Shown here piece after piece: positions 25,861-38,424 of a stretch of 64,000 nucleotides of DNA. Every line of letters begins with the position of its first letter. The stretch's first letter is position 1. The position numbers and the translations under genes were made by a program. Under the pieces are notes generated by a model that had not been told where the DNA came from, did not search any database, and saw only the letters and a program-made list of their open reading frames with translations. The stretch comes from an uncultured Spirochaetota bacterium (GTDB lineage: Bacteria; Spirochaetota; Spirochaetia; SZUA-6; Fen-1364), in contig CAWAHW010000002.1 of the NCBI GenBank assembly GCA_963781885.1, positions 672,001 to 736,000 on the forward strand, given 5' to 3'.

Positions 25861-27812
25861 AGCAGCACCACCGCAACGACGACCAGGACGGCCCCTCCGG
25901 CGATGCCCGCCGCGTACCATCGCACCTTGCCGCTCTGCGTCCAGCGGAATGCCCGCGAGAGGAGCAGCAGGAGGGCGCCGATGCCGTCAAAGAGCCTGTC
26001 CACGACGTCCCGTACGTTGACGCGCGCGATCCAGACGAAGGGACGCACGAGCAGCGTGTCATAGAGCCAGTCGAAGCCCCACCCGTTCTGGAGGAAGCGT
26101 ATCGGGGCCGCGCGGCGGGCGGGCAGAGGCTTGCGCGCGCGTCGGGCGATGAGCCACGCCACGGGGATGCCCAGCAGGGATGCCGCCTCCGAGACGATCT
26201 GCAGGATCAGCTCGAGGCGCGCCGAAGGCTCGGGCATGGTCTCCGTGGGCAGCGCGGTGTGGAGGAAGCGCAGCAGGTACGGGGTGCCGCCGACATTGCC
26301 CGGCAACCCGAGGAAGCCGCCGACGAGGCAGAGCGCGGCAAGAATGGCAAGCGGGATGCCCATGATGGCGCCCGCCTGCATGCGGTTCTTTCCTTCCGCC
26401 TGCCCGGTGCCGGGGGCGTGGCCGGCGTGCGCGGCGTCAGGCGCGTGCGGCGCGGCAGCAGCCTCGCGCGGTGCGCCGCCGAAGACGACGAACACGAGAC
26501 GGAAGATGTAGACCGACGTGATGAAGACCCCCGCGATTCCCAGCGCCCAGAATATCCGGCCCGCACCGCCCGCCTGCCAGGCGTCGGCAAGGATGAGGTC
26601 CTTGCTCGCGAATCCCGCCGTGGTGGGCGGAACGGCCGCGATGGCGAACGCGGCGATCAGGAACATCCAGAAGGCGAAGGGCGATTTTTTCGCCATGCCG
26701 CCCATCGCGAAGATGTCGTGCTCGTGGTTCATGGCGAGGATCACGACACCCGCGCCGAGGAAGAGAAGCGACTTGAAGAAGGCATGGGTGACGAGGTGGA
26801 AGATCGCCCCGGACCATGCCCCAATGCCCAGCGCCAGGAACATGTAGCCGAGCTGGCTCATGGTGGAGTAGGCGAGCACGCGCTTGATATTCCTCTGCAC
26901 CGTGGCGCTCAGGCCCGCGACCAGAACGCCGGCGATGCCGATGATCGCCACGGCGAGCTGCACGGCCGGCGCCAGGGAGAAGAGCACGTTCGTGCGCGCG
27001 ATCAGGTAGACGCCCGCCGTGACCATGGTGGCGGCGTGGATCAGGGCGCTCACGGGTGACGGTCCTGCCATGGCGTCCGGGAGCCACGTCTGCAGCGGGA
27101 GTTGCGCGGACTTGCCCACGGCGCCGCCCAGGAGAAGGGCAGCCACCGCCACCGCGATGGTGGAGCCGATCTGCCACTGCGCGGAAGCCTGCTTTGCGAT
27201 CCCGGCGAAATCGAGCGTGCCCAGATTCGTGGCGATGAGGAAGAGCGCGATGGCAAGCGACACGTCACCGACCCGGGTGACGATGAAGGCCTTGCGCGCC
27301 GAGCGGCCGTTTTCCGGGTCCTTGTACCAGAACCCGATGAGGAGGAAGCTGCACAGGCCCACGCCTTCCCACCCGAGGTAGAGGAGAAGGAGATTGCTCG
27401 CCATGACCAGGAGGAGCATGGAGCCGACAAAAAGGTTCATGTAGGCAAAGAACCGGCTGTAGCCCTCCTCATCCGCCATGAAGCGCATGGAGTAGAAATG
27501 GATGAGGAAGCCCACGCCGGTGACCACGAGCATCATGACCACGGACAGGGCATCGACGGTGAAGGCGATGCCGGGATTGAATCCCCCCGCGCTGATCCAC
27601 TGCCAGAGCACGATCGTGATGCTTCCCGAGGCCGGGGGTGAGGAGGCGAAAAGCGCCGATGCCACCGCGGCGGCGGCAAAGGCAAGCCCCACGGAGCCCG
27701 CGCCGATGAGCGCGGAGACGGCCTTGGAGAACCGGCCGCCGCCGATGGCCAGGGCAAGGAAGCCGGCAAAGGGCAACGCGGGAATGCACCAGATCCAGCT
27801 CAGGCTGTTCAT
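25857..27812 (-). CDS. nuoL: NADH-quinone oxidoreductase subunit L
   Basis: GWEGVGLCSFLLIGFW, GKSAQLPLQTWLPDAMAGPSPVSALIHAATMV. Confidence 0.96.
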   Translation of the reverse strand: MNSLSWIWCIPALPFAGFLALAIGGGRFSKAVSALIGAGSVGLAFAAAAVASALFASSPPASGSITIVLWQWISAGGFNPGIAFTVDALSVVMMLVVTGVGFLIHFYSMRFMADEEGYSRFFAYMNLFVGSMLLLVMASNLLLLYLGWEGVGLCSFLLIGFWYKDPENGRSARKAFIVTRVGDVSLAIALFLIATNLGTLDFAGIAKQASAQWQIGSTIAVAVAALLLGGAVGKSAQLPLQTWLPDAMAGPSPVSALIHAATMVTAGVYLIARTNVLFSLAPAVQLAVAIIGIAGVLVAGLSATVQRNIKRVLAYSTMSQLGYMFLALGIGAWSGAIFHLVTHAFFKSLLFLGAGVVILAMNHEHDIFAMGGMAKKSPFAFWMFLIAAFAIAAVPPTTAGFASKDLILADAWQAGGAGRIFWALGIAGVFITSVYIFRLVFVVFGGAPREAAAAPHAPDAAHAGHAPGTGQAEGKNRMQAGAIMGIPLAILAALCLVGGFLGLPGNVGGTPYLLRFLHTALPTETMPEPSARLELILQIVSEAASLLGIPVAWLIARRARKPLPARRAAPIRFLQNGWGFDWLYDTLLVRPFVWIARVNVRDVVDRLFDGIGALLLLLSRAFRWTQSGKVRWYAAGIAGGAVLVVVAVVLL

Positions 27813-27817
27813 CCCCC

Positions 27818-28126
27818 TCATCCTCCCCGGGCGCGCATGGCGTCCGCGTCAAGGGTCTTTCCGCGGCCGAAGTGCAGGAGAAGAAGCGCGAGTCCCACGG
27901 CGACCTCCGCCGCTGCCATGGCCAGGAGGAAGATGAACATCACCTGGCCGTCCGCCTGCGCCCAGCGCGCGCCCGCGACGATGAAGGCAAGCCCCGCGGC
28001 GTTCAGCATGATCTCCACGCAGAGGAGGATGAAGAGGAGGTTGCGCCGCACGATGAGGCCGACAAGGCCGAGAGAGAAAAGCACCGCGGCGACGATCAAT
28101 CCGTACTCGAAGGGGATGGACGCCAT
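27818..28126 (-). CDS. nuoK: NADH-quinone oxidoreductase subunit K
   Basis: [27 protein letters not shown]. Confidence 0.95.
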   Translation of the reverse strand: MASIPFEYGLIVAAVLFSLGLVGLIVRRNLLFILLCVEIMLNAAGLAFIVAGARWAQADGQVMFIFLLAMAAAEVAVGLALLLLHFGRGKTLDADAMRARGG

Positions 28127-28618
28127 CTAGTTCCTCCTCTCCTCGGACGTCGACGCGCGACGTCCGAGATGGAAGGCCCCCACGAGCCCCGCCAGGAGCA
28201 GGAAGGCGGCGATCTCCGCACCGAGGATGTACGGCCCGAAGAGGGCCATGCCCACCTGTTTCGGGCCGATCTCCGTCGTCGGCTGCGGCGCAAAGGAGCC
28301 CTGCGCGAGCGCCCAGGCAAGCAGCCCCAGCAGGATGGCGCCGAGCAGGGAAGGTCCGATCCACGTCCGGGGCGGCACCCGGATGCTTTCGGGTCCGATG
28401 AGCATGATCACGAATATGAAAAGCACCATGATGGCCCCGGCGTAGATGATCACCTCGAGGGCCGCGACGAAGGCGGCCCCCAGCACGAACATGATCACCG
28501 CGGCCGCGAGCAGCGAGACCACGAGGTAGAGCAGCGCGTGCACGGCGCTTCGCCGGGTGATGACCATCACCGTTGCCGCTATTGCCACCAGGCCGCTCGC
28601 CCAGAACACCGCGTTCAT
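28127..28618 (-). CDS. nuoJ: NADH-quinone oxidoreductase subunit J
   Basis: [24 protein letters not shown]. Confidence 0.95.
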   Translation of the reverse strand: MNAVFWASGLVAIAATVMVITRRSAVHALLYLVVSLLAAAVIMFVLGAAFVAALEVIIYAGAIMVLFIFVIMLIGPESIRVPPRTWIGPSLLGAILLGLLAWALAQGSFAPQPTTEIGPKQVGMALFGPYILGAEIAAFLLLAGLVGAFHLGRRASTSEERRN

Positions 28619-29139
28619 GGCAGGAGGCTCCGCAGGTCCACCGGGGGCGCCTCGTTCTCCGCCTCCCCCTTGCCCTTCCCGCTGATCTCCATGCCGGAGA
28701 CCTTGTAGAAGTTGTAGCCGGGGTACTTGCCCGTCCCCGAGATCAGGAGGTCTTCCTTTTCATAGACGAGGTTCTTCCGTTCGTATTCGGCCATCTCGTA
28801 GTCGGGGGTGAGCTGGATGGCGAATGTCGGGCAGGCTTCCTCGCAGAGGCCGCAGTAGATGCAGCGCGACATGTTGATGCGGAAGAAATCCGGTTTCCGC
28901 CGCCCCTTCTCGTCGATGGAGGCCTGCAGCGCGATGCAGGAGACGGGGCACACGGCGGAGCAGAGGTGGCATGCCACGCAGCGCTCCTCCCCGTCGGGGT
29001 CGCGCGTGAGCACGATCCGTCCGCGCCAGCGGGCGGGAAGCCTCCGCTTCTTCTCGGGATAGAGGACGGTCACGCGCGCGTGGAACGCGTGACGAAATGT
29101 GATCCAGAGCGTCCGAAGGATGCTCCACATAGGTTCCAC
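28615..29139 (-). CDS. nuoI: NADH-quinone oxidoreductase subunit I
   Basis: Two CxxCxxCxxxCP motifs. Confidence 0.95.
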   Translation of the reverse strand: MEPMWSILRTLWITFRHAFHARVTVLYPEKKRRLPARWRGRIVLTRDPDGEERCVACHLCSAVCPVSCIALQASIDEKGRRKPDFFRINMSRCIYCGLCEEACPTFAIQLTPDYEMAEYERKNLVYEKEDLLISGTGKYPGYNFYKVSGMEISGKGKGEAENEAPPVDLRSLLP

Positions 29140-29225
29140 TCCTTGGGCGCCCCCCGTCCGCCCCTCCGCTCACCTCAGCGGCAAACCGCTGAAGGGCGGC
29201 GTCGGCGCCGATCGGGGGCTGCCGG

Positions 29226-30182
29226 CTATTTTCCCACGGCGAGCACGATGCCGCCGGTCACAGCGAGGTTGAGCAGAGAGAGGGGAAGCATGAGCTTCCA
29301 CCCGAAGGAGAGAAGCTGGTCGTAGCGGGGCCGCGGGAGGGCCGCGCGCACGAGGATGAAGAAAGCGATGAACGCCAGCGTCTTCACGATGAACCAGATG
29401 AAGGGCGGCAGGAACGGACCCTGCCAGCCGCCGAAGAAGAGGGTCACGATCATCATGGAGATGAGGGTGATGCCGATGTATTCACCGACGTAGAACATGG
29501 CGAACTTGAAGCCGGAATACTCGGTGTGGAAACCGGCCACCAGCTCGCTTTCCGCCTCGGGAAGGTCGAAGGGGATGCGGCGCGTTTCCGCCAGACCCGC
29601 GATGAAGAACACGACGAAGCCGACGAACTGTGGCACGACGTACCACAGCCGCGCCTGCGCCTCCACGATGTCCCGCATGCTGAAGGAGCCCGCCATGAGC
29701 ACGACGCCCATGAGGGAGAGGCCCATGAACACCTCGTAGCTCACCATCTGGCCCACGGCGCGGATGCCGCCCAGGAGGGAGTACTTGTTGTTGGAGGCCC
29801 ACCCCGCGAGCGCCACGCTGTAGACGGCGAACGACGACATGGCGAGGAAATAGAGGAGCCCGATGTCGATGTCGGACACGAGTATTGCGGGGGCAATCGG
29901 GATGACGGCGAACGAGGCGAGCGTCGTGATCATGATGATCGCGGGGGCGATCACAAAGATGGCCTTGTCCGCGAATGGGGCGATCCAGTTCTCCTTCGTG
30001 AAGATCTTGAGCATGTCGGCCACGACTTGTAGAACGCCGAAGGGACCCGCGCGGTTCGGTCCGTAGCGCTCCTGGAAGACGCCGAGGAGCCTGCGCTCGA
30101 ACCAGATGATGCCCGCGGCGAAGAGGAGCGCGCCGATGAGGACGCCGAGGATGACGATGATGGAAAGACCGACAGAGCTCAT
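29226..30182 (-). CDS. nuoH: NADH-quinone oxidoreductase subunit H
   Basis: [36 protein letters not shown]. Confidence 0.96.
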   Translation of the reverse strand: MSSVGLSIIVILGVLIGALLFAAGIIWFERRLLGVFQERYGPNRAGPFGVLQVVADMLKIFTKENWIAPFADKAIFVIAPAIIMITTLASFAVIPIAPAILVSDIDIGLLYFLAMSSFAVYSVALAGWASNNKYSLLGGIRAVGQMVSYEVFMGLSLMGVVLMAGSFSMRDIVEAQARLWYVVPQFVGFVVFFIAGLAETRRIPFDLPEAESELVAGFHTEYSGFKFAMFYVGEYIGITLISMMIVTLFFGGWQGPFLPPFIWFIVKTLAFIAFFILVRAALPRPRYDQLLSFGWKLMLPLSLLNLAVTGGIVLAVGK

Positions 30183-32932
30183 CGTCCGCCTCCCGTGACG
30201 CGCGCCCACACCGGCAGAGCCGCACCCGCGCTGTCTCCTGCCATCAGGGAAGCGATGCCCGCGGCCATCTCCCGAATCTGCACGACCAGCTCCACCGTTG
30301 CGCCGCCTTCCATCTGGATGAGCACCTTCTGGCCGTTTGCAAGGTCGCGGGCGTGTGCGTCCGGCTCAGAGAGTGAAAGGCGAGGGCCGGTGGAACGCGC
30401 CGCGACGCCGGGTGCAAAGGACGACAGCTCTTCAGACCCGAACACATTGTGCCGGGCAACGAGGAGAAGCTGGCCTTCCCGCGCGGCGTGGGCGGCAGGC
30501 ACGGTGGCGAACCACGCGCCTGCATCCGTGTCGGCAGGCTCGAAGAGCCGCACGCCGGGGTCCCCGCCCACGAGCTGGCCGCTCACCTCCGCCTGGAACT
30601 TGCTGAGGGACTGGTCGGAGTTCCATCCCGGCGACCAGAAGCGCGCGTTGAGGCTTGCCGGCGCGCCGCGCGAGGCGCCTTCCATCGAATACGCAAGCGA
30701 AGAGTCCAGGTCCAAGGGGGGACGCGGCTCGTGGACACTCAGGTTGGCGGTGACAGCGGTCCTGCCGCTTTCCCGGATGGACTTGCGGGGCACGCGTAGG
30801 CCATGCAGCCTGTAGTCGGCGCCCGGCGCGGCGTCACGGATGCCGGCCAGCTCGGGCAGCTCGGCCGCGAGCGCCTGGATCAGCTCGTCGAGACGGGCCC
30901 ACGCGGCGGCCTTTCGCTTCGACGCAACGGCAACACGCTCCACCCACCGCCAAGAATCGGTCATGGTCCCGACCGCGGGCATGACGGAGAAGTACCTCTG
31001 GGCCCGGCCCTCGCTGGAGACGAGCGTGCCGGAGGATTCGGCAAAGCTCGCCGCGGGCAACACGATTTCGGCGGCGGCGCTGGTTGGCGTGGCCGTGTGG
31101 TCAATGGCGATGACGTGGGCGGCGGAGGAGAGCAGGCTCTCCGCGGCCGCCGACCCGACTTCCCGGTACACATCGGCTTCCAGCACGACAAGGGCTGCGC
31201 CCGGCAGCGACGTCGACACGTGGGCCGCCGATTCGATGCCGCCCGCGGCGAGCATCGCCGCGCCCACGCTGTTCGCCTCCGGAAATACCAGACTGATGCG
31301 CGCGTCACGCGCGGCCTTCTTCAGCGCACGCGCAACGTTCGCCGCTGCCTGCACGATAGCGGGGGAGGCAAGGCTGCCGCCGCTCACCACCAGCGGATGT
31401 TCGGCGGTGCGCAGCGCTTCGGCGATCCTTCGCGCCGCGGCCTGAAAGGGCTCCGCGAGGCCGGGGACGGCGGGGCTGGAAGAGTCTATTTCACGCGCGA
31501 CGGCAAAACCCAGGCGCGCGATGTCGGCCGGCGCCGCGCGGAAGGTCTCACGCGCCACCTCGTCGAGCTTCGTTGCCTCCGGCGTGGCCACGAAGAAGGG
31601 GCCCTTCTCATACCGGATGGCCTCCCGAACCGCGGCGTCGTCCCAGCGGTTGAGCTTCTTCTGCTTCACCGCGGCAGCGGCGGGCGCGTTGGCGGCTGCC
31701 TGCCGCAGGTTGAGGCCAAGAATGGGCGCCGTATTCCAGGCGTCTTCGCCAAGCACCAGAACCGCGTCCGCGCCCGCCGCCTGGCGGAGCGTGGCACTCG
31801 GGGCAGGTCCTTCCTTCAGCACGCGGATCATGAGCCGGTGCAATTCCAGCCGGGCATCCGGCACGTTGATGAAGAAATGGTCGGGCCCCACGAGGCTGCG
31901 CAGCGCGAAATTGGATTCAAGCGATGCGCGCGGCGACCCGATGCCGATGACGCTTCCCTTTCCGACCGCCTCCGCGGCGCGCTCCAGAGCCTCCTCCGCC
32001 GTCGCCTCGCCCTGGCTTCCCGAAGAGCGAAGAAGCGGCTGCCGGATGCGGCTTTCCCCGTTGACGAACTCGTAGCCGTAGCGGCCGCGGTCGCAGAGGA
32101 AGTAGCCGTTCACCTCGCCGTTGTACCGGGTGCGCACGCGGCGCAGCATGCCGTAGCGCTCGCCGGGCACCGTGTTGCAGCCCACCGCGCAGTGCACGCA
32201 CACCGACGGCGCCGTCTGCAGGTCCCACTTGCGCGTGTAGTGCGACTTCAGCGTCTTGTCGGTGAAGACCCCCGTGGGGCAGACCTCCACCAGGTTGCCG
32301 CTGAACTCGTTCTCCAGCGCGCCGTCCTCCTTGCGGCCGAAGTAGACGGTGTCGTGCGCGCCGAGCACTTCCAGGTCCGTGCCGCCCGCGTAGTCGCGGT
32401 AGAACCGCACGCAGCGGTAGCACTCGATGCAGCGGTTCATCTCGTGGGTGAGGAACGGGCCGAGGTCCTGGTTGCGGTGCGTGCGCTTCGTGAACCGGTA
32501 GCGGCGGTAGTTGTGCCCGGTCATCACAACCATGTCTTGAAGATGGCACTCCCCGCCTTCATCGCAGATCGGGCAGTCGTGCGGATGATTCACCATGAGC
32601 CATTCGGTGACCTGCCCGCGGAATGCCCGGGCCTCGGGATCCTCTATGGAGAGGCGCATGCCGTCGGTCACCGGCGTCATGCAGGACATGACGATCCTGC
32701 CGCGGGTGTCCGCGTCGTCCTTGAACAGCTTCACGGCGCACTGCCGGCAGGCGCCCACGGAGTGCAGGGCCGGGTGCCAGCAGAAGTAGGGGAGATTCAG
32801 GCCCAGGGAGAGGCAGACGTGGAGGAGGTTCTTGCCCTCCGCTTCCACCGTGTACTGCCGGCCGTCTATGGAAAGACGAATCGCGCCCGCTCTCGCGGTC
32901 GCAGGGGTGAATGTATTCATTTCCAGGGACAC
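30179..32932 (-). CDS. nuoG: NADH-quinone oxidoreductase subunit G (long, E. coli-type with N7 motif)
   Basis: [46 protein letters not shown]...LCDRGR. Confidence 0.96.
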   Translation of the reverse strand: MSLEMNTFTPATARAGAIRLSIDGRQYTVEAEGKNLLHVCLSLGLNLPYFCWHPALHSVGACRQCAVKLFKDDADTRGRIVMSCMTPVTDGMRLSIEDPEARAFRGQVTEWLMVNHPHDCPICDEGGECHLQDMVVMTGHNYRRYRFTKRTHRNQDLGPFLTHEMNRCIECYRCVRFYRDYAGGTDLEVLGAHDTVYFGRKEDGALENEFSGNLVEVCPTGVFTDKTLKSHYTRKWDLQTAPSVCVHCAVGCNTVPGERYGMLRRVRTRYNGEVNGYFLCDRGRYGYEFVNGESRIRQPLLRSSGSQGEATAEEALERAAEAVGKGSVIGIGSPRASLESNFALRSLVGPDHFFINVPDARLELHRLMIRVLKEGPAPSATLRQAAGADAVLVLGEDAWNTAPILGLNLRQAAANAPAAAAVKQKKLNRWDDAAVREAIRYEKGPFFVATPEATKLDEVARETFRAAPADIARLGFAVAREIDSSSPAVPGLAEPFQAAARRIAEALRTAEHPLVVSGGSLASPAIVQAAANVARALKKAARDARISLVFPEANSVGAAMLAAGGIESAAHVSTSLPGAALVVLEADVYREVGSAAAESLLSSAAHVIAIDHTATPTSAAAEIVLPAASFAESSGTLVSSEGRAQRYFSVMPAVGTMTDSWRWVERVAVASKRKAAAWARLDELIQALAAELPELAGIRDAAPGADYRLHGLRVPRKSIRESGRTAVTANLSVHEPRPPLDLDSSLAYSMEGASRGAPASLNARFWSPGWNSDQSLSKFQAEVSGQLVGGDPGVRLFEPADTDAGAWFATVPAAHAAREGQLLLVARHNVFGSEELSSFAPGVAARSTGPRLSLSEPDAHARDLANGQKVLIQMEGGATVELVVQIREMAAGIASLMAGDSAGAALPVWARVTGGGR

Positions 32933-34197
32933 CTCTTCTCACGCACGTGCTGCTCGAAATCTTCGCGGAAGAGCTTCAGCGCGCTGCCCAGCGGCTCAAC
33001 GGCGCCGGGGGCAAGGGCGCAGAATGTGCGGCCGGGGGCAAGCAGGCCGACGTGCTGCTCCAGTATCTCGAGGTCCTTCGCCTCGCCCTTGCCCTGCTCC
33101 AGCGCCTCCAGTGTCCGTGCCACCCACGGGAGGCCTTCCCGGCAGGGGGTGCAGAAACCGCAGGATTCGCGCGCGAAGAACCGCTCCAGTGTCAGCACCA
33201 TGCCCACGGGGCAGGTGTGATCGTCAAGGACGATCATGGTGCCGGTGCCCAGGCGGCTGCCCGCCTTTGCCACGGAATCGAAATCGAGCTTCACGTCGAG
33301 CTGCGCCGGGGAGAGGAAATCCGTGGAGGCGCCGCCGGGGATGAGGCCGCGAAGCGTGCAGCCGTCCTGCATGCCGCCGGCAAGATCCAGGAGCTCGCGG
33401 ATGGTCGTGCCCATGGGAAGCTCCCAGAGCCCGGGCTTCTTCACCTTGCCGCTCACGCCGTAGATCTTCGTTCCTGCGTCCGTGGAAACGCTGAGCGCCT
33501 TGTACCATTCCGCGCTCTCACGCAGGATGTGCGGCACATTGGAGAGCGTCTCCACGTTGTTGACCACCGTGGGCCGGCCCCACAGGCCGCTCACCTGGGG
33601 AAAGGGCGGCTTGTTGCGCGGGGTGGGACGACGCCCCTCCAGCGCGTTGAGAAGCCCGCTTTCTTCCCCGCACATGTAGCGGCCGGCGCTGAGGTGCATC
33701 CGCACCGAGATGCTCCAGGGCGTGCCCAGGATGCGTTGCCCGATGTAGCCTTTTTCCGTTGCTTCCGCGATCGCTTTCACGATCGCCCTTTCGCACTGGG
33801 TGTATTCGCGGCGGAGGAAGACGTAGGCGATGTCCGCCTGGACCGCCCATGCCGCGATCAGGAGACCCTCCACGAGCTGGTGGGGGTTGCCCTCCATGAG
33901 CCACCGGTCCTTCATGGTGCCCGGCTCTTTTTCGTCCGCGTTCACCACGAGGTAGCGATGCCCCGTCGGGTCGACCCCGACGCTCGTCACCATCGGCACG
34001 AAGCTCCACTTCATGCCGGTGGGAAATCCCGCGCCGCCGCGGCCGCGCAGACCGGCGGCAGTGACCGCCTGCTGCACCTGCACGGGCGTCATGGAGAGCG
34101 CCTTGCGCAGACCCTGGTATCCGCCCACCGCCTCGTAGGCGGCAAGGGGCAGGGCCGCGCGGTCAGGGCGTATGTCAGCCGTGAGCGGTGTGAGCAT
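32917..34197 (-). CDS. nuoF: NADH-quinone oxidoreductase subunit F
   Basis: GRGGAGFPTG, NADExEPG, YMCGEES, ESCGFCTPCREG. Confidence 0.96.
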   Translation of the reverse strand: MLTPLTADIRPDRAALPLAAYEAVGGYQGLRKALSMTPVQVQQAVTAAGLRGRGGAGFPTGMKWSFVPMVTSVGVDPTGHRYLVVNADEKEPGTMKDRWLMEGNPHQLVEGLLIAAWAVQADIAYVFLRREYTQCERAIVKAIAEATEKGYIGQRILGTPWSISVRMHLSAGRYMCGEESGLLNALEGRRPTPRNKPPFPQVSGLWGRPTVVNNVETLSNVPHILRESAEWYKALSVSTDAGTKIYGVSGKVKKPGLWELPMGTTIRELLDLAGGMQDGCTLRGLIPGGASTDFLSPAQLDVKLDFDSVAKAGSRLGTGTMIVLDDHTCPVGMVLTLERFFARESCGFCTPCREGLPWVARTLEALEQGKGEAKDLEILEQHVGLLAPGRTFCALAPGAVEPLGSALKLFREDFEQHVREKRCPWK

Positions 34198-34687
34198 CTG
34201 TCCTTGTCCCCTCCGCATCCCGCGGCGCCAGGCCGTCGAGTATCTCGTCCGCCCGGTCGGGCGTGAGATGGTCGTAGAGTTTTCCGTCGATCATCATGGC
34301 AGGTCCGACATCGCAGGCTCCGAGGCAGCCGATCGGGAGGAGCGTGAAACGGCCGTCGCTCGTCGTCTCCCCGTAGCCGATCCCCAAGCGCCGGGAGAGA
34401 TGGGAGAGGATGTTCTGCTCGCCGGTGATCCAGCAGCTCACGCTGTCGCAGAGCAGGATGACGTGCTTTCCCACGGGGCGGCGGAAGATCAGCTCGTAGA
34501 AGGTGGCGATCCCCTCAACCTCCGCCACGCTCATGCCGAGTGCCTGCGCGACGTCGGCGATGGATTCGTCGGAAACCCAGCCGCGGCTTTCCTGCACGAT
34601 GAGGAGCGCTTCAGAGACGGCGGCCCTGCGCTGCTCGTGCAGCCCCGCCTCCGCATCGATCCTCTCCCTCTCACGCTCGCTCAGCAT
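34175..34687 (-). CDS. nuoE: NADH-quinone oxidoreductase subunit E
   Basis: ATFY, CDSVSC, CLGAC. Confidence 0.95.
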   Translation of the reverse strand: MLSERERERIDAEAGLHEQRRAAVSEALLIVQESRGWVSDESIADVAQALGMSVAEVEGIATFYELIFRRPVGKHVILLCDSVSCWITGEQNILSHLSRRLGIGYGETTSDGRFTLLPIGCLGACDVGPAMMIDGKLYDHLTPDRADEILDGLAPRDAEGTRTDAHTAHG

Positions 34688-34699
34688 GCCGCCTCTCTT

Positions 34700-36448
34700 T
34701 CACCTGTCGATGTCCGCAAGGACGTAGTCGATGCTCCCGAGGATGGCGACCAGGTCGGGCACGGTCAGGCCGCGGCTCAGGAGCGGAACCATCTGCGTGT
34801 GCGCGAAGGACGGCGTGCGGATGCGCGTGCGGTAGCTCATGGTGCCGCCGTCGGACACGAGGTAGTACATGTGATTTCCCTTGGAGCCTTCCGCCACGGC
34901 ACACGCCTCGCCGGGGGGGATCACCGGTCCCCAGCTCACGCCGAGGAAATGCGTGATGAGCGTCTCGATGTCGTGCATCGTCCGTTCCTTGCGGGGCGGC
35001 GTCGCCAGGGGATGGTCCGACTTGTATGGACCGGCCGGCATGTTGGCAAGGCACTGCTCGATGATGCGGAGGCTCTGGCGCATCTCCTCCACGTGCACGA
35101 CGAGTCTGTCATAGCTGTCACCGTGCGTCGCGGTGACCGAGTCGAAAGAGAACCTTTCGTAGCCGCCGTAGGGCCGCTTCTTGCGCAGGTCCCAATCCAC
35201 GCCGGACGCGCGGAGCATCGGGCCCGATGCGCCCCACGCCACCGCCTCCTCCGCGGAGAGAAGCCCGATGCCGACGGTCCGTGCCTTCACGAGCCTGCTC
35301 TTCATGACGGCGCCGTCGTAGTCCTTGAGCCGCTTCCGCATGTAGCGCACGAAGTCCCCCACCATGGTGTCCCAGCCCTCCGGCAGGTCATGCGCCACGC
35401 CGCCGATGCGGAACCACGCCGGGTGCATGCGGCCGCCCGTGACCGCTTCCACGATGTCGAATGCCCGCTCGCGGTCCGTGAACATCCAGAACACCGGCGA
35501 CATCTGGCCGATGTCCGCCGTGTAGGTGCCGTAGTAGACGAGGTGGCTGATGATGCGGAAAAGCTCCGCCATCATGACGCGTATCACGAGCGCGCGGTCC
35601 GGAATCTTTATGCCGGCAAGCTTTTCCACCGCCAGCACGTAGGGGAAGTTGTTCAGCAGTCCGCCGAGATAGTCGATGCGGTCCGTGTACGGGATGTACG
35701 TGTGCCAGGTCTGGCGCTCCCCCATTTTCTCCGCGCCGCGATGATGGAAGCCGATCTCGGGCACCAGGTCGATGATCTCCTCCCCGTCGAGCTGGACCAC
35801 TAGGCGGATGACGCCGTGCGTCGACGGATGCTGGGGCCCGATGTTGAGGAACATGTACTGCCGGTCCCCGCTCTCCCGCTTCATGCCCCATTCCTCGGGG
35901 TTGAACTCCAGGGTGGCGAGCATCTTCTGGGCCTCTTCCGACGTCATGTGGAAAGGCTCCATTTCCGTTGCCCGCGCGGGATGCTCTTTCCGCAGTGGAT
36001 GCCCTTCCCACCACGGGGGAAGGAGGATGCGCTTCAAGTGGGGGTGGCCTTCCACCGTGATGCCGAACATGTCCCAGACCTCGCGCTCGTACCAGTTCGC
36101 GTTGGGCCACAGGTCGGTGACGGTGCGGATGGAAGGATGCTCTCCGTGGAGGGCGACCTTCACCCGCACGTCCTGGTTGTGCTCCAGCGAGACGAGGTGA
36201 TAGATGACGCTGAAGTCGGCCGCCGGCTGGCCTTCGCGGTGCGCGCGCAACCTTTCGTCGATTGCGGTGATGTCCAGGAGCATCGCATGGGCGCCGCCGG
36301 CAGGGCTTTTCAGCCACGCGAGCACGTCGCGGAACCGGTCCGCCCCGGCCCAGAGAGTGGGGATGAGGTCCTGCGTCGGCTGGACGACGATGGCGTCCGC
36401 GCCGAAACGGTTGGAGAGCTCAAGCAGCATGTCTGTCGTTGCGATCAT
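34700..36448 (-). CDS. nuoC: fused NADH-quinone oxidoreductase subunit C/D
   Basis: [14 protein letters not shown] (NuoC) fused to [11 protein letters not shown]...HRGAEK...DIDR (NuoD). Confidence 0.96.
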   Translation of the reverse strand: MIATTDMLLELSNRFGADAIVVQPTQDLIPTLWAGADRFRDVLAWLKSPAGGAHAMLLDITAIDERLRAHREGQPAADFSVIYHLVSLEHNQDVRVKVALHGEHPSIRTVTDLWPNANWYEREVWDMFGITVEGHPHLKRILLPPWWEGHPLRKEHPARATEMEPFHMTSEEAQKMLATLEFNPEEWGMKRESGDRQYMFLNIGPQHPSTHGVIRLVVQLDGEEIIDLVPEIGFHHRGAEKMGERQTWHTYIPYTDRIDYLGGLLNNFPYVLAVEKLAGIKIPDRALVIRVMMAELFRIISHLVYYGTYTADIGQMSPVFWMFTDRERAFDIVEAVTGGRMHPAWFRIGGVAHDLPEGWDTMVGDFVRYMRKRLKDYDGAVMKSRLVKARTVGIGLLSAEEAVAWGASGPMLRASGVDWDLRKKRPYGGYERFSFDSVTATHGDSYDRLVVHVEEMRQSLRIIEQCLANMPAGPYKSDHPLATPPRKERTMHDIETLITHFLGVSWGPVIPPGEACAVAEGSKGNHMYYLVSDGGTMSYRTRIRTPSFAHTQMVPLLSRGLTVPDLVAILGSIDYVLADIDR

Positions 36449-36477
36449 CTCCCCATCTCCCGCGACCCGAAAATCGG

Positions 36478-37101
36478 TCAGATGCCGTCTGGCGAGCGCA
36501 GGTCCGTCTGCTTCTGGCGTTCGGGACGCATCTGGTCCCGGAGGGACGGCTTCACCGTCCGCACGACGCCCTGCGGTCCCACGACCCAGGAAAGCGGCCT
36601 TTTTTCCGTTGCCACTGCCTCACCGAGGAGCACGAGGCCGCGCATGAATGCGTCCGGGCTCGGCGGGCAGCCCTGGACATAGACGTCAACGGGAAGGAAG
36701 GAATCCACGCCCTGCACGACGCTGTAGATGTCGTACATGCCGCCGGATCCCGCGCACGAGCCCATGCAGAGCACCCAGCGGGGCTGCATCATCTGCTCGT
36801 ACATGTGGAGCACCAGGGGCGCCATCTTCTTGAACACGGTGCCTGCCACGACCATGACGTCGGCCTCGCGCGGGGAGCCGCGGAGGATCTCCGAGCCGAA
36901 ACGAGCGATGTCATACTTGCTCGTGATGGCCGTTGCCATCTCCACGTAGCAGCAGGACAGGCCGAAGTTGAACGGCCACATCGAGTACTTTCTCCCCCAG
37001 GCGATGAGGTCATGACGCTTCGCAAGGTATACGTCGTTGCCGGACGAAACCGGATACTGCAACCGCGCGCCGCGGGGGAGTGTCGTTTTCTTAGCCTGCA
37101 C
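36478..37101 (-). CDS. nuoB: NADH-quinone oxidoreductase subunit B
   Basis: [19 protein letters not shown]. Confidence 0.95.
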   Translation of the reverse strand: MQAKKTTLPRGARLQYPVSSGNDVYLAKRHDLIAWGRKYSMWPFNFGLSCCYVEMATAITSKYDIARFGSEILRGSPREADVMVVAGTVFKKMAPLVLHMYEQMMQPRWVLCMGSCAGSGGMYDIYSVVQGVDSFLPVDVYVQGCPPSPDAFMRGLVLLGEAVATEKRPLSWVVGPQGVVRTVKPSLRDQMRPERQKQTDLRSPDGI

Positions 37102-37495
37102 TGTTCATCCCATGCCTTTCCCGGTGCTCCCGCAGCCGTTGCGCTCCCCTGTTGAATGCGCCGCGGCGCCAGAGGTAGGCGAGGCCCGCCGTGGTCTCCG
37201 CCATGAAGACCAGGGCCGCGACGTAGCCGGGCCAGCCCAGCTCCCGTGCCGCAACGGCCCAGGCGAACAGGAACGCCGCCGAGATGTCGAAGATGACGAA
37301 GAACATCGCGATGAGATAAAAGTCGGCTGACAGCCGCAGACGGGCCGAGCCGGTGATGGGGACGCCCGATTCGTATGGTTTCCCCGTGCCGCGATCGAAA
37401 TGGCGCTCACCCGAGAGGTGGGTCACCACCATGAGAACGCCGACGAGGACAATGACCAATCCAAGGTAGACGGCCAAGGAAACAATTCCGCTCAT
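37091..37495 (-). CDS. nuoA: NADH-quinone oxidoreductase subunit A
   Basis: [17 protein letters not shown]. Confidence 0.93.
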   Translation of the reverse strand: MSGIVSLAVYLGLVIVLVGVLMVVTHLSGERHFDRGTGKPYESGVPITGSARLRLSADFYLIAMFFVIFDISAAFLFAWAVAARELGWPGYVAALVFMAETTAGLAYLWRRGAFNRGAQRLREHRERHGMNSAG

Positions 37496-37525
37496 CTAAG
37501 CTCCCGGCGCCTGTGGCCGGTGTCA

Positions 37526-37554
37526 AATCTATCGAAGGCCGGGCGGGGAGTCAA
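37526..37554 (-). promoter_or_regulatory. sigma70-type promoter of the nuo operon
   Basis: Minus strand TTGACT, 17 nt spacer, TAGATT, ~30 nt upstream of nuoA. Confidence 0.6.
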
Positions 37555-38424
37555 GGAATCGTGGGAGATATCACGTATTCCACCAGATCGTGGAGGGAAT
37601 CGCGGTGGGGACCGTCGGACAGCGTGCCGATGAGCTCCCGGGCCCGGGCGGCATGCGCGGCGGTCGTCGCCGGCAGGTCGATCCTTTCGTCAAGGCCGTG
37701 GTCCTTGTCGACCAGGTCGTCCGCCATTTGGAACGCGAGGCCGAAATCCAGCCCGAGCTGCCCCATGCAGTCCTGCTGGGCGGCCGGCACGCCGCAGAGC
37801 AGCGCGGCCGTCCGGCAACAGGCGGCGAAGAGCACGGCCGTCTTGTCGGTGGCGATCTCGATGTATTCCGCAAGCGTGAGGGGGCGGTGCGCCGCCGCGA
37901 CCTCCTGCGCGATGATCTCCCCCATGCACATCGCCTTCGTCGTGTCGAGGAAGATGTCCAGGAGCGCGAAACGCTCGGCGGGCGGGATGCGGCTCATGCC
38001 CGGTGATCACGGAGAAGAAATGGGTGTAGAGGATGTCGCCGGCGAGCACCGCGACGCGGTTGCCGAATTTGCGGTTCAGGCTCACCTGGTTGCGGCGCGA
38101 ATCCGCGTTGTCGATGATGTCGTCGTGCACGAGGGAGGCCGCGTGGAGGACTTCCACGGCGCCGGCCAATGCGATGAGCGACTCCTGGTCGGGCGCATGC
38201 GCCCCGGGCGTGGATTGCACGGCGCGCGCCGTGAGGAGCACGAGCGCCGGTCGTATCCTCTTGCCGGGGACGGCGAACGGGTGCTGGACGATCCCCTCCA
38301 GGATGTGGGCCTTGCCTCTGGCCGCGGCCGTCTGACTGGCCACCCGCTTCATCAGGGCGCGAAGCCCCGCGTCCACCGATTTCATTTCCTCCGAGACAGG
38401 TGAGAAGATGCGCGCAAGATCCAT
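37551..38424 (-). CDS. polyprenyl diphosphate synthase (IspB/HepT-like), frameshift near 38000
   Basis: GKRIRP, FARM LVHDDIID, then KTA and SARM FQMADDLVD in the next frame. Confidence 0.9.

Noticed and set aside
26385-26475. Ala/His-rich insertion in NuoL
   Set aside because: A variable His-rich loop at this position is common in NuoL.
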